32,000 nt of DNA from Candidatus Scalindua sp. (GTDB taxonomy: Bacteria > Planctomycetota > Brocadiia > Brocadiales > Scalinduaceae), in the NCBI GenBank assembly GCA_031316235.1, contig JALDRA010000001.1, positions 3,870,001 through 3,902,000 on the forward strand, given 5' to 3'. The position numbers were made by a program, and so were the translations under genes. This document shows positions 15,374-24,361 of this stretch, piece by piece. Each line of letters starts with the position of its first letter. Position 1 is the first letter of the stretch. Under the pieces are notes generated by a model that was given only the letters and a program-made list of their open reading frames with translations, did not search any database and had not been told where the DNA came from.

Positions 15374-15636
15374 CTGAAATATACAATTTTTCAGTTTTAT
15401 TTCCGGAATGAAACACGAGCTGACCATTCATTTTGCATTGAATATAAAGGGAGACACGGATGTCATAGATTGTCATATTGACACACGAAACATCTTAGTT
15501 TATTATACAGTGTCAAGAATATTTCCTAAGCTGAGCTTTTACAGATTTATTCAGGTAATACAGCATCCTTATTATCAGCAATTGGTCCGGTCAGTGTGAC
15601 CCGATAGTATCGGTGACCTGGATACTCCCTTGAGAG

Positions 15637-16320
15637 ATGAGTAAAATGTTAAATATCTACAGCGTCCTATTTGTTTGTGCAGCTTTGTGGAGCACTCTGG
15701 TTTTTGCAGCTGAAGAAGAGTTTAATACAGCAGTTGCTACCGGTGAAAACCAGATCATTGTATCTCCCATGAACATATTACTTGATCTTGAAGAGACTGC
15801 ATCTGCAAGCGCTATCGTTCTCGATCGCGATGGGTTACCTGTAGAAGGTCTTAAATTAATGGTTGTTTCCCAGGACAAGACAAAGCTCAAAATTATTGGT
15901 GACGATTTTACCACCAGCGTATCAGGCAGTGTTGAATTCGCATTACAGGGAATACAGAACGGAGATTTTGTCATAACGGTGTCAGACGGTGCGGTTTCCG
16001 TTCACATAAATGCGGCGGTAAAGAGCCTTATACGTTACGTTTTACCATACTTTTATGGTGATATGCAGATAAGCCTTATCAATCCTACAAATTATACTAA
16101 CTATGTTAAGATACAATTACACGAAAATAATGACAGGACTTCACCCCCTGTTGTAGTCAGGCTGAACGAGAAAGAGATGATATCACTTCAATTATCTGAA
16201 GAACTGGATACTAAATTAGCTGAGGGATGGGTGGAACTTTTTTCTACTGAAATTCTCGTTGGCGGGACATGGACAAACAGGGGGTATGTCTCTTTTGATC
16301 AGGTCAGGACGTATCAATAA
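15637..16320 (+). CDS. secreted protein with a bacterial Ig-like (Big-type) domain
   Basis: 227 aa with the signal peptide MLNIYSVLFVCAALWSTLVFA. An Ig-like pattern follows: SASAIVLDRDGLPVEGLKLMVVSQD...SGSVEFALQG..GDFVITVSDG. I recognise nothing in the C-terminal ~100 aa. Confidence 0.7.
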   Translation: MSKMLNIYSVLFVCAALWSTLVFAAEEEFNTAVATGENQIIVSPMNILLDLEETASASAIVLDRDGLPVEGLKLMVVSQDKTKLKIIGDDFTTSVSGSVEFALQGIQNGDFVITVSDGAVSVHINAAVKSLIRYVLPYFYGDMQISLINPTNYTNYVKIQLHENNDRTSPPVVVRLNEKEMISLQLSEELDTKLAEGWVELFSTEILVGGTWTNRGYVSFDQVRTYQ

Positions 16321-16568
16321 GGAATCTGTGTCTCTTTTAAAAGTTCCCCCATCTGATTTTCATGAAGCTTGATATCGGATGCTTCAAGCTTCTGGAAAAA
16401 ATGTGTTTCCAGCTTAACGTCATAAGCCTTAAGCACACAGAGCACCATGTATCGCATATCCAGAATAGTCCCATCAATATCAAAAAGAAGCATCAGTTTA
16501 TCTTGAGAATACAACCCACGTATTCTTTCATAATGTGAGGCAAGCTCTGCCATCCAATTATTTTTCAC
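16314..16568 (-). pseudogene. HAD-superfamily hydrolase N-terminal fragment (84 aa), probably truncated
   Basis: It contains HAD motif I, LLFDIDGTILD, but stops after 84 aa and lacks motifs II-IV. Its 3' end overlaps the stop of the convergent 15637..16320 gene, and its start overlaps the phoU stop by 11 nt. Confidence 0.45.
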
Positions 16569-17259
16569 TGCCTTTGACTTCTCTTTTTTTCGGAGGGCGT
16601 CTTTTTCCCACGTTATGCTTTATACACTCTCCTTTCAGGAGGAATATTACGCACTCAGCAATGTTGGTGGCGTGATCGGCAATTCGTTCCAGGTGCCTTC
16701 CCACTAATATCAGCTCTACCGCTCTTGTAATCACCTTCGTATCCTCTATCATATAAGTCAGGAGTTCCCTGAAAATCTGCTCATTAATTTTATCCACCTC
16801 ATCATCTCTTTTACAAACGTCTATGGCCAGAGCCTCGTCCTTATTAACCAGCGAGTTGATAGAATCCTTTACCATCAGCTGAGACAGTTCCGCCATACGG
16901 GGAATATCTATTAATGGTTTAAGAATGGGTAGTTTAATGATCTCCTGTGTCCGTTCCGCGATATTGACCGCCTGATCACCTATACGCTCTAAATCTTTGT
17001 TGATCTCCATTGCGGAGGTGATAAACCGCAGGTCTGTCGCAACCGGTTGGTAGAGTGCTAAAAGCCTGATGCACAATTCGTCTATCTGAATTTCCAGCAG
17101 ATCTATCGAGTCATCTGATCTGATAGTCTCTTCTGCTAAATCTCCATTGCGTTCTGATAAGGACTTCACCGCATTCTGAATAGCTCTTTCTGTCAGCGTA
17201 CTCATATTCAGGAGAAGGTTATTTAATTCATTTAATTCTTCGTCAAAATGTCTTTCCAT
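16558..17259 (-). CDS. phoU: phosphate signalling/transport accessory protein PhoU
   Basis: 233 aa with the duplicated PhoU repeat signatures D.SIDLLEIQIDE...LERIGDQAVNIAE and DDEVDKINEQI...LERIADHATNIAE. Confidence 0.92.
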   Translation of the reverse strand: MERHFDEELNELNNLLLNMSTLTERAIQNAVKSLSERNGDLAEETIRSDDSIDLLEIQIDELCIRLLALYQPVATDLRFITSAMEINKDLERIGDQAVNIAERTQEIIKLPILKPLIDIPRMAELSQLMVKDSINSLVNKDEALAIDVCKRDDEVDKINEQIFRELLTYMIEDTKVITRAVELILVGRHLERIADHATNIAECVIFLLKGECIKHNVGKRRPPKKREVKGSEK

Positions 17260-17295
17260 AATTCAATTCCTAAAAATAGTGGTTTTCTCCTTCCT

Positions 17296-17429
17296 CTATC
17301 CAAATCTTCCCGTAAGGTAATCCTGAGTAGAACTTTTAGCCGGATTAGTAAATATGGTACTGGTTTTGTCGTACTCAATAAATTCCCACTGAAATCTTCT
17401 GCCTTTATCTTGTTTTTTCTCTGATCCAT
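17296..17429 (-). pseudogene. pstB: pstB remnant: about the first 14 codons joined out of frame to about the last 30 codons
   Basis: From the ATG at 17429 the reading is MDQRKNKIKAEDFS, comparable to the E. coli PstB N-terminus ..SKIQVRNLNFYYG. In another frame, ending at the TAG at 17296-17298, it reads WEFIEYDKTSTIFTNPAKSSTQDYLTGRFG, comparable to the E. coli PstB C-terminus [30 protein letters not shown]. Walker A, the signature motif and Walker B are all absent. Only 209 nt separate pstA from phoU. Confidence 0.8.
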
Positions 17430-17468
17430 CGGAAGAACTTTCCTTGTAAATAAATATCAAAAAACTAT

Positions 17469-19067
17469 CTATACTGAGGAGACCGTATATTTCTTTCTCA
17501 GTTTATTGCGTACGAGTATTGCTCCAAGGTTTAAGGTAAGCACCGTTAAAACCAGGACAAGGGTTGTGGTATAGACCATTGGGAGAGCAGCTTCTATGTT
17601 GGGAGACTGAAAACCCACGTCGTACACATGAAATCCCAGGTGCATAAATTTCCGTTCAAAATGTATATAAGGAAAATTGCTGTCCAGGGGAAGAGATGGG
17701 GCAAGTTTAACCACACCCGTAATCATCAGAGGTGCTACTTCCCCTGCTGCCCTTGCCATTGCAAGTATTGTACCCGTAAGAATTCCTGGAGTAGCCTGTG
17801 GAAGTACTACTCTCCAGATTGTTTCAAATTTTGTTGCTCCCAGTGCATACGAGGCTTCTTTTAATGATTTTGGAACAGCAGATAACCCTTCTTCGGTGGT
17901 CACAACCACGACTGGTACCGTCAGAAGTGCAAGGGTGAGAGATGCCCAGAGTATTCCGCCGGTTCCAAAAGTCGGGGTTGGTAATGCCTCATGAAAAAAC
18001 ATCTTATCAATACCGCCACCAACAAAGTATATGAAAAAGCCAAGGCCAAAGACCCCGAAGACAATTGAAGGGACACCGGCAAGATTATTAACGGATATCC
18101 TCACAAGTCTGGCAAAAATATTATCACTGGTATATTCTTTAAGGTATACGGCAGTCAAAACGCCAAGCGGAACAGCTGCGATAGTCATGATGAGAACCAT
18201 TAAAACCGTACCGAAGATCGCCGGGAAAATACCTCCTTCCGTGTTTGCTTCTCTCGGTTCATCCAGTAGAAACTCACAAACCTTCTGAAGGTAACAATAG
18301 AATTTTTCGAAAATACCCATTTCATTGGGTGCGTAGATGCGGATAATCTGGAAAATTGGTAATACCCGTTCACTTCCATCCACCAGTGCTATTACCACCT
18401 CATGCTCACGTGCACTCGTATAGAGATCGTCAAGTATTTCTACCTTTTTCTGGTAGAATTTTTCCAGTTCTTCTATACTGGCCTGGATTGATTGTATCTT
18501 TTCCTGAACAGTTCCAGACTGCTGTCTCATCCCCAGTTCTTTCAACTGAAGACGGAACTTTTCTGTTTTGTGGTTTATCTTACCAATCTCTTTTTTTTCA
18601 ATATGTCGAATCATTTTATGAAGCTTTTCGTTTTCCTTTAACAATGGCCTCATGTCAGCCAGCTCAAAAGGTTTAATCCTGCCATCCACTTTCAGACCTT
18701 TAAAAAAACCATACATGTTGCCCCACTCGTCCCGTTCAATGGTCAATGCAGACTGAGGATATTCCTGTGAAACAATGTTCTGATTTTCAATCCAGCGAAA
18801 GTCTAAGGCATACACCTCTCTATTACCGACCTTTAACTTTGTTCTATAGAAATCTTTTTTATCTGGTACAGACTCCTTTTTTGCAATTTCTCCCATAACG
18901 GCAGTACCATCCTTGAGGGTATATTGAACCAGCCTGTGCGGCCAGAACATTCCCAATCCCTTTACCAGGATGAGGGCAATTAATCCCGTTATCATCAGTA
19001 TACTTATCGCAAGTGTACCTGCCGTAAGCCAGATATATGGATCACCGTTCTTAAAGAGCTTATTCAT
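17469..19067 (-). CDS. pstA: phosphate ABC transporter permease PstA (long form)
   Basis: 532 aa. An N-terminal TM is followed by a ~250-aa extracytoplasmic insert and a C-terminal permease core with the EAA-type loop MARAAGEVAPLMITG. Confidence 0.9.
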   Translation of the reverse strand: MNKLFKNGDPYIWLTAGTLAISILMITGLIALILVKGLGMFWPHRLVQYTLKDGTAVMGEIAKKESVPDKKDFYRTKLKVGNREVYALDFRWIENQNIVSQEYPQSALTIERDEWGNMYGFFKGLKVDGRIKPFELADMRPLLKENEKLHKMIRHIEKKEIGKINHKTEKFRLQLKELGMRQQSGTVQEKIQSIQASIEELEKFYQKKVEILDDLYTSAREHEVVIALVDGSERVLPIFQIIRIYAPNEMGIFEKFYCYLQKVCEFLLDEPREANTEGGIFPAIFGTVLMVLIMTIAAVPLGVLTAVYLKEYTSDNIFARLVRISVNNLAGVPSIVFGVFGLGFFIYFVGGGIDKMFFHEALPTPTFGTGGILWASLTLALLTVPVVVVTTEEGLSAVPKSLKEASYALGATKFETIWRVVLPQATPGILTGTILAMARAAGEVAPLMITGVVKLAPSLPLDSNFPYIHFERKFMHLGFHVYDVGFQSPNIEAALPMVYTTTLVLVLTVLTLNLGAILVRNKLRKKYTVSSV

Positions 19068-19107
19068 GTTGAAAATTTCATAAAAAGTTTGTCATGCAGT
19101 GTTATTA

Positions 19108-21318
19108 TTATCCGTAGCTGCTGAATTTCTTTTTCATTCTTTGTCTGACAAGTTCTGCAAGAGTGTTAACAATAAAAGTTGTTATGAAAAGGAGTAAGGC
19201 TGCAAGAAAGAGAACTCGGTAAAGGGTTCCGCCCAATGGTGCTTCGGGAATTTCTACTGCAATATTTGCAGCAAGTGCTCTGAAACCGTTAAAAATATTC
19301 CAGTCCATGATGGGGGTATTTCCTGTCGCCATAAGCACGATCATAGTCTCCCCTACAGCTCTTCCAAAGCCTATCATGATAGCAGAGAAAATGGCCGGGC
19401 TTGCAGCCGGTAATACAATCCGTACCGCAGTCTGCCAGGGTACAGCACCAAGTGCCAGTGACGCTGAAATCAGACTCTTCGGAACATTGTTCATAGCGTC
19501 TTCAGCTATGGTATAAATGATGGGTATCACGGCAAAGCCCATTGCAAAACCCACGACAATGGCGTTTCTCTGATCATAGGGTAACCCAAAATAATCTGAG
19601 AGCCACTGCCTGTAATCACCTGCAAATGCGATTGCTTCGAAAGCACCATTCATCTCAATCGAACCATATATGGCTATGAGGATGAAGGGTATCAAGAAAA
19701 AAACCTCCATCCCGAATCCATATTTACCCTTTATACGAGAAGGAATTGTCCATTTCCAGACAGAAAACGCCAGAGCTATTGATAGTAGTATGAAAAACGG
19801 CATGAGTATTATTGCAGGAAAAATTCTTTCCATAAGTGGTGCAAGCCAGAGCCCTGCGAGAAACCCGAGAATAACACTTGGCAGAGCTGCCATGAGTTCA
19901 ATAACCGGCTTGATGAATTTTAGTGATTTGTGGAGAAATTGAGACGTATAGAGTGCGGCAAAGATGGCAACAGGAACCGCAAAAATCATAGCATACATTG
20001 TCCCCTTGATAGTTCCGAATATCAGGGGAACAAGACTCAATTTTGGTTCAAAATCATCAGTCCCACCGGTTGACTGCCATACAAACTCAGGTCTTTGATA
20101 ACCTTCATACCATACTTTCCCAAAAAGGGTCTTAAGGGTTGTCTCAGGATGCGGGTTTGAGATTCTCCAATGCATCAGTTCATCGCTGGATCCGGCTGCC
20201 AGTATTCCGTTGGACTTTGGTGAAAAGGCAATGGCAGACGGCTCAGCCTTCACCTGTAATCGTAAGAGTGTCTGCTCTGATGTTGCATGGTTGAGATGGA
20301 TAGATCCATCAGATGCCATCGTGACAAATCCCTTGTTTCTCATGGATGAGACAATAGACACAATTGCTGATGAGTGGGATTCAAGGGTGTGCACCTTCTT
20401 CATCGAATGTTCCGAGGTTGTCTCATCTCTTACCTGCATCCAGACGTTTACCCTGCCTTTTTGATCACCAACTACAAGAGATACATCTCCCAGCAGGAAT
20501 CCCAGGGCTGTTACCGCTTCGTTTGAAACTTTCACCTGTTCTTTCAGCTTGGGGGCTTCCCGATCACTTACATCTATTCGTATTAATCCCCCTGAAGAGG
20601 TGCCTAAATAAAGATTTTTCAAAAAGTGATCAAGGACAAGAGACGTAATCTTTGCCTCACTTCTCAACCCTGTTTTCTCCACAATACGGGAAATGTCCGT
20701 TATCATTTCATCCCGCTCCTCCTTGCCAAAGAGATCTCTTTCGATCACGGTAGCCTTAAGGATAACTCTTCCCTCTTCTGTACAGCCTACGGTAGCAATA
20801 GAATCTTCATCCCTTTGAGAGGTAATATATTTCAGTCCTTTTCTCCTCTCATCAAAAAGATACGATTCTCCTTCAGATACCATGGGGCTGATGACTCTTT
20901 CCCCATTTTCAAACGAAACAGAAAATCCAAGTCTGTTCGTCAGAACTCTGCCGTCGTCAGTTCCCATAATAAGAAAATCTTTATCCTGACATACTGAAGT
21001 TATGGTCGAATTTACAACACTCTTGAGAGAATGACTCCTCACCAGCTTTCTATCTATCAGCGAGATAAAGTCTACTTTTCCCCCTTTATACACCGCGTAG
21101 GCAATTTCCTGATGTTCATCTATTCCCAAGGAAACTGGTACGCCTTCCAAGGAATAGCTTTTTTTCTCTAAAACATCCGCATCTTTCAAGAGTGGGTACA
21201 CTTCCATAAAGATAAAGAGAAACAGTGCGAATATCACTATCACTACAGCCGCACCCCCAAGCTTAATGGCCCAGTGTGCGGCCTTATCAATAATCTGTCG
21301 TTTCTGTATAGACTTCAT
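19108..21318 (-). CDS. pstC: phosphate ABC transporter permease PstC (long form with a large N-terminal periplasmic domain)
   Basis: 736 aa. One TM is followed by ~400 aa with repeated strand-rich motifs that look beta-propeller-like (e.g. GTDDGRV, GTSSGGLIRID, GDQKGRVNVW, ASDGSIHL). The permease core carries FGRAVGETMIVLMATGN. Confidence 0.9.
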   Translation of the reverse strand: MKSIQKRQIIDKAAHWAIKLGGAAVVIVIFALFLFIFMEVYPLLKDADVLEKKSYSLEGVPVSLGIDEHQEIAYAVYKGGKVDFISLIDRKLVRSHSLKSVVNSTITSVCQDKDFLIMGTDDGRVLTNRLGFSVSFENGERVISPMVSEGESYLFDERRKGLKYITSQRDEDSIATVGCTEEGRVILKATVIERDLFGKEERDEMITDISRIVEKTGLRSEAKITSLVLDHFLKNLYLGTSSGGLIRIDVSDREAPKLKEQVKVSNEAVTALGFLLGDVSLVVGDQKGRVNVWMQVRDETTSEHSMKKVHTLESHSSAIVSIVSSMRNKGFVTMASDGSIHLNHATSEQTLLRLQVKAEPSAIAFSPKSNGILAAGSSDELMHWRISNPHPETTLKTLFGKVWYEGYQRPEFVWQSTGGTDDFEPKLSLVPLIFGTIKGTMYAMIFAVPVAIFAALYTSQFLHKSLKFIKPVIELMAALPSVILGFLAGLWLAPLMERIFPAIILMPFFILLSIALAFSVWKWTIPSRIKGKYGFGMEVFFLIPFILIAIYGSIEMNGAFEAIAFAGDYRQWLSDYFGLPYDQRNAIVVGFAMGFAVIPIIYTIAEDAMNNVPKSLISASLALGAVPWQTAVRIVLPAASPAIFSAIMIGFGRAVGETMIVLMATGNTPIMDWNIFNGFRALAANIAVEIPEAPLGGTLYRVLFLAALLLFITTFIVNTLAELVRQRMKKKFSSYG

Positions 21319-21324
21319 TAATTC

Positions 21325-22305
21325 TTACTCAATTTTTCTCAGTTCCTCCTTGAGAACTGATGCAGGCAGGGAGATATAACCATCTTTTGCAATCACTTCC
21401 TGGCCCTCTTTACTCAAGATATATTTCACAAATTCCAATACCAGAGGATCAAGTGGTTGACCGGGTTTTTTATTAATATATATATAAAGAAACCTTGCCA
21501 GGGGATATGAACCATTTAAGACGTTTTTGATTTCTGCCGCCTTGTAGTCATCACCCTTTTTTTTAGCAAGGGGAACGGCACGTACACCGGATGTTATGTA
21601 GCCAATGCCGCTGTAACCAATACCAAACCGATCCTCGGTAATGCCCTGCACAACAGAAGCTGAACCAGGCTGCTCTTTCACCGTACTCTTGTAGTCTCCT
21701 TTAAAAAGGGCCTTTTCCTTAAAGTATCCATATGTCCCCGATGCAGAATTACGGCCATAGAGACTTATCGGTCTTTTTTCATAATCACCTTTCAAACCAA
21801 GTTGTCCCCATGTTGTTATATCCTCTTTATATTCACCTTTCCGGGTTATTGAGAAGACAGCATCAACCTGGGCAAAATTAAGACCGGGAAGAGGATTATC
21901 CTTATTAACATAGATTGTCAGGGCATCAAGTGCCGTCCGGATCTGCGTTGGTTTATAACCAAATTTGTTTTCAAATTTGTCAACTTCGGTTGACGTCATT
22001 GCCCTGCTCATCGGACCAATCTGGGCTGTTCCTGATATTAAGGCTGGAGGTGCAGTTGAGGACCCCTTGCCCTCTATCTGAACTTTTACACCTGGATACA
22101 ACCTGTTAAACCCCTCAGCCCAGAATGTCATGAGGTTGTTGGTAGTATCGGAACCCATGCTATTTAAATTTCCTGAGACACCTCCAACCTTGTTATAGTG
22201 CTTGATATAGACATCTACACCATCAGCTTCACTCGTAAAAGATGCACCAGCCATGCATGAAGCACAGCAGGATATTACCAAAATTGCTCTCGTTAAAACA
22301 GCCAT
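21325..22305 (-). CDS. pstS: phosphate ABC transporter substrate-binding protein PstS
   Basis: 326 aa with a signal peptide and the PBP-like-2 motifs GKGSSTAPPALISGTAQIGPMSRAM and NSASGTYGYFKE. Confidence 0.9.
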   Translation of the reverse strand: MAVLTRAILVISCCASCMAGASFTSEADGVDVYIKHYNKVGGVSGNLNSMGSDTTNNLMTFWAEGFNRLYPGVKVQIEGKGSSTAPPALISGTAQIGPMSRAMTSTEVDKFENKFGYKPTQIRTALDALTIYVNKDNPLPGLNFAQVDAVFSITRKGEYKEDITTWGQLGLKGDYEKRPISLYGRNSASGTYGYFKEKALFKGDYKSTVKEQPGSASVVQGITEDRFGIGYSGIGYITSGVRAVPLAKKKGDDYKAAEIKNVLNGSYPLARFLYIYINKKPGQPLDPLVLEFVKYILSKEGQEVIAKDGYISLPASVLKEELRKIE

Positions 22306-22442
22306 TATTTCTCCTTATTATTTTAATTGAAAATAGTACTCTTTTCTTTGCAGCTTATCATATCCACAAACACAGTGATGGACAGCAAACATGTGCTCTT
22401 TATTGACTTCATACCGTCACCCCAACTGCAATCATGGCGATC

Positions 22443-23828
22443 CTAAAATGCTATCTGGTACTGAAGACGGTAAAACTTGTCGTTTACATCTGCTCCCGGG
22501 AGCCCCTCATTGACGTTAATGTAGTTAAACTGGAGTTTATTGTTATGACTACCCTCAAAATACCAGTTGAGGCCAAGTGCGACTTCCTTCAGGGAGTCAT
22601 CTTTCAATTGATCATCATAATCAACATACGAATAACGCCCTGCAACCTCAAACAGGTGCGGTATGACAAAGTATCCTCCCTGAACAAAAAAACCCCTGTT
22701 TGCTATCTCTTCGTCACCTATATTATGGGCCTTGCTCCAGTAAAACTCGGCATTTGTGGAAAAACCCTTATATTTCAGTCCATATTCACCCACAATATTA
22801 GTCCAGTCGACCTCCTTCGCGGAATAGCTGCTGCCGTCTTTGAGAGTCAATCGCAGATCAGAAGCGCTGTCAAATGAGATTGCCGCTGAGATATGGTAGA
22901 GTGGTTTTTCTGACCAGGCAACGTCAGCTTCCTGTTCTTCGATTCCCTTCCCATACCCACCGGGATTGCTCCAGGATAACCGTGCGATATACATGTGTTC
23001 GGTATCTCCATTTGAGCTCTCATTCCTCCCATTACCATTAAACATACCCAGGTAATACTCCAGTTGTCTGTTATGCACCTTTCCGGAGATCTGTGCACCG
23101 ATCTGCCGATCCATGGTGAACACATCCTGCGCTAAAGAGCGGTCAATTAACTGCAATACTGATGAAGAGACCACACGCTGACGGTTAAACGGCACCTTCC
23201 ACTGCCCGAATCGAATATTTGCATAACTGTATTTTCCATATTCTGCCCACCAGTCGAACAACTCGACCGCTTTCGCCATGTCTCCATCAGCGGAGTCTGT
23301 GCTTTTGGTGCCGGTAGACCTGAGGGCCAGCTCAATTTTATATTTAAAATGGCCATAGGCATAACCGTCCCACTTCAATCGGGCACGTCGGAGCATGTAT
23401 GAGCTGTCATCGTCCGCAGCATCACGATCCTCATACCCGTATCGCATCTGGAGTCTGCCGGTCATCCTCATGCTGAATCTATGATCAGATGTCTGGAAGT
23501 AGAACCCCTCTTTATAACCTACCTCAACAGGAGGTCTCAGCAATTGAGCCAGATTTCCCTCGGCCTGTTCTCTGTGCAGATACGCTTTGATTCTTTCTCC
23601 TATTACTTTATCCTGAGCAGCAGAGGAGGATTGTGCGGCATTTTTCTGCGATTCAACTGTGACCTTCAGTGCCTCAAGCATTGCCTGCTGGCTCTTTATC
23701 ACCTCCTCCATCCGCTTCAATTGTAGGCGCAGATCATCCTGCCCTGTCTCCACGGCAGAAAGCCCCGGTATCGGTTGTATGACTATGAAACTTACCAGTA
23801 ATAAAAATGGAATAAAATACCTTCTCAA
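22443..23828 (-). CDS. OprO/OprP-family (phosphate-selective-type) porin, first gene of the pst operon
   Basis: 461 aa. TTG start with AAGGAG 7 nt upstream. A signal peptide and an N-terminal coiled coil (DDLRLQLKRMEEVIKSQQAMLEALK) precede an alternating beta-strand pattern. The C-terminus ends YRLQYQIAF. The family assignment is from memory of PF07396-like sequences. Confidence 0.8.
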   Translation of the reverse strand: MRRYFIPFLLLVSFIVIQPIPGLSAVETGQDDLRLQLKRMEEVIKSQQAMLEALKVTVESQKNAAQSSSAAQDKVIGERIKAYLHREQAEGNLAQLLRPPVEVGYKEGFYFQTSDHRFSMRMTGRLQMRYGYEDRDAADDDSSYMLRRARLKWDGYAYGHFKYKIELALRSTGTKSTDSADGDMAKAVELFDWWAEYGKYSYANIRFGQWKVPFNRQRVVSSSVLQLIDRSLAQDVFTMDRQIGAQISGKVHNRQLEYYLGMFNGNGRNESSNGDTEHMYIARLSWSNPGGYGKGIEEQEADVAWSEKPLYHISAAISFDSASDLRLTLKDGSSYSAKEVDWTNIVGEYGLKYKGFSTNAEFYWSKAHNIGDEEIANRGFFVQGGYFVIPHLFEVAGRYSYVDYDDQLKDDSLKEVALGLNWYFEGSHNNKLQFNYINVNEGLPGADVNDKFYRLQYQIAF

Positions 23829-23910
23829 CTTTTTTCTCCTTTTTCATGTTTCTGCCTTCCGTTGACGCTTTCATTTGAAATAGTATCTAAATTAATGGTA
23901 TCTTTTCAGA

Positions 23911-24022
23911 TATACTAAAACCGATTTGGTTTTCGGTTTTTCTGGAAACCAGATCTTGGTGAAGGTATACTCGTTCCATTTTATCTCGGATTTTATCCGA
24001 AAACCATTATGAGATGAGTATA
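23911..24022 (-). repeat. REP-A copy 7 (standard)
   Basis: The reverse complement is full length, TATACTCATCTCATAATGGTTTTCGGATAAAATCCGAGATAAAATGGAACGAGTATACC...GGTTTTAGTATA. It lies 82 bp upstream of the porin/pst operon start. Confidence 0.9.
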
Positions 24023-24361
24023 ACTCCAAGCCCGCTTCTCTATTTTTTTTATATACTACACAGGTATTGTTAAGGGGGTATAAAGATAGTGTTAATTTTC
24101 TGTTAAGAATAAAATATCTGTTCTACAGGAGCTGGTTAGGGTAAGGTGTTGTTATGTGGAAGCCACATTTGAAGGTTACGAGGGAGAATGTATTCCGTGG
24201 AATAGATCGTGAAGATAGTTTTAATATGGCAGCAGGGCACGACAAGTCTGCAGAGAAGTAAGGACAGCATACCACAAAATGCCAGGTAAGGATGATTGTG
24301 AACTGATACGTGCGTGCCCAGGATGATGTCTTCTCAAATAAAAATACAATGAAATCAGTGG

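Noticed and set aside
17232-17429. 65-aa ORF between pstA and phoU taken as a real small gene
   Set aside because: Only its first ~14 codons are PstB-like. The rest is the out-of-frame reading of the pstB C-terminal remnant, and it runs into the phoU start. I interpret it as a deletion scar (see the pstB pseudogene).
23829-24361. Pho box upstream of the porin-pst operon
   Set aside because: I looked for CTGTCAT-type direct repeats with 11-bp periodicity on the minus strand and found none. CTGTTAAG...CTGTTCTA at ~24100-24125 is on the wrong strand and has 18-nt spacing.
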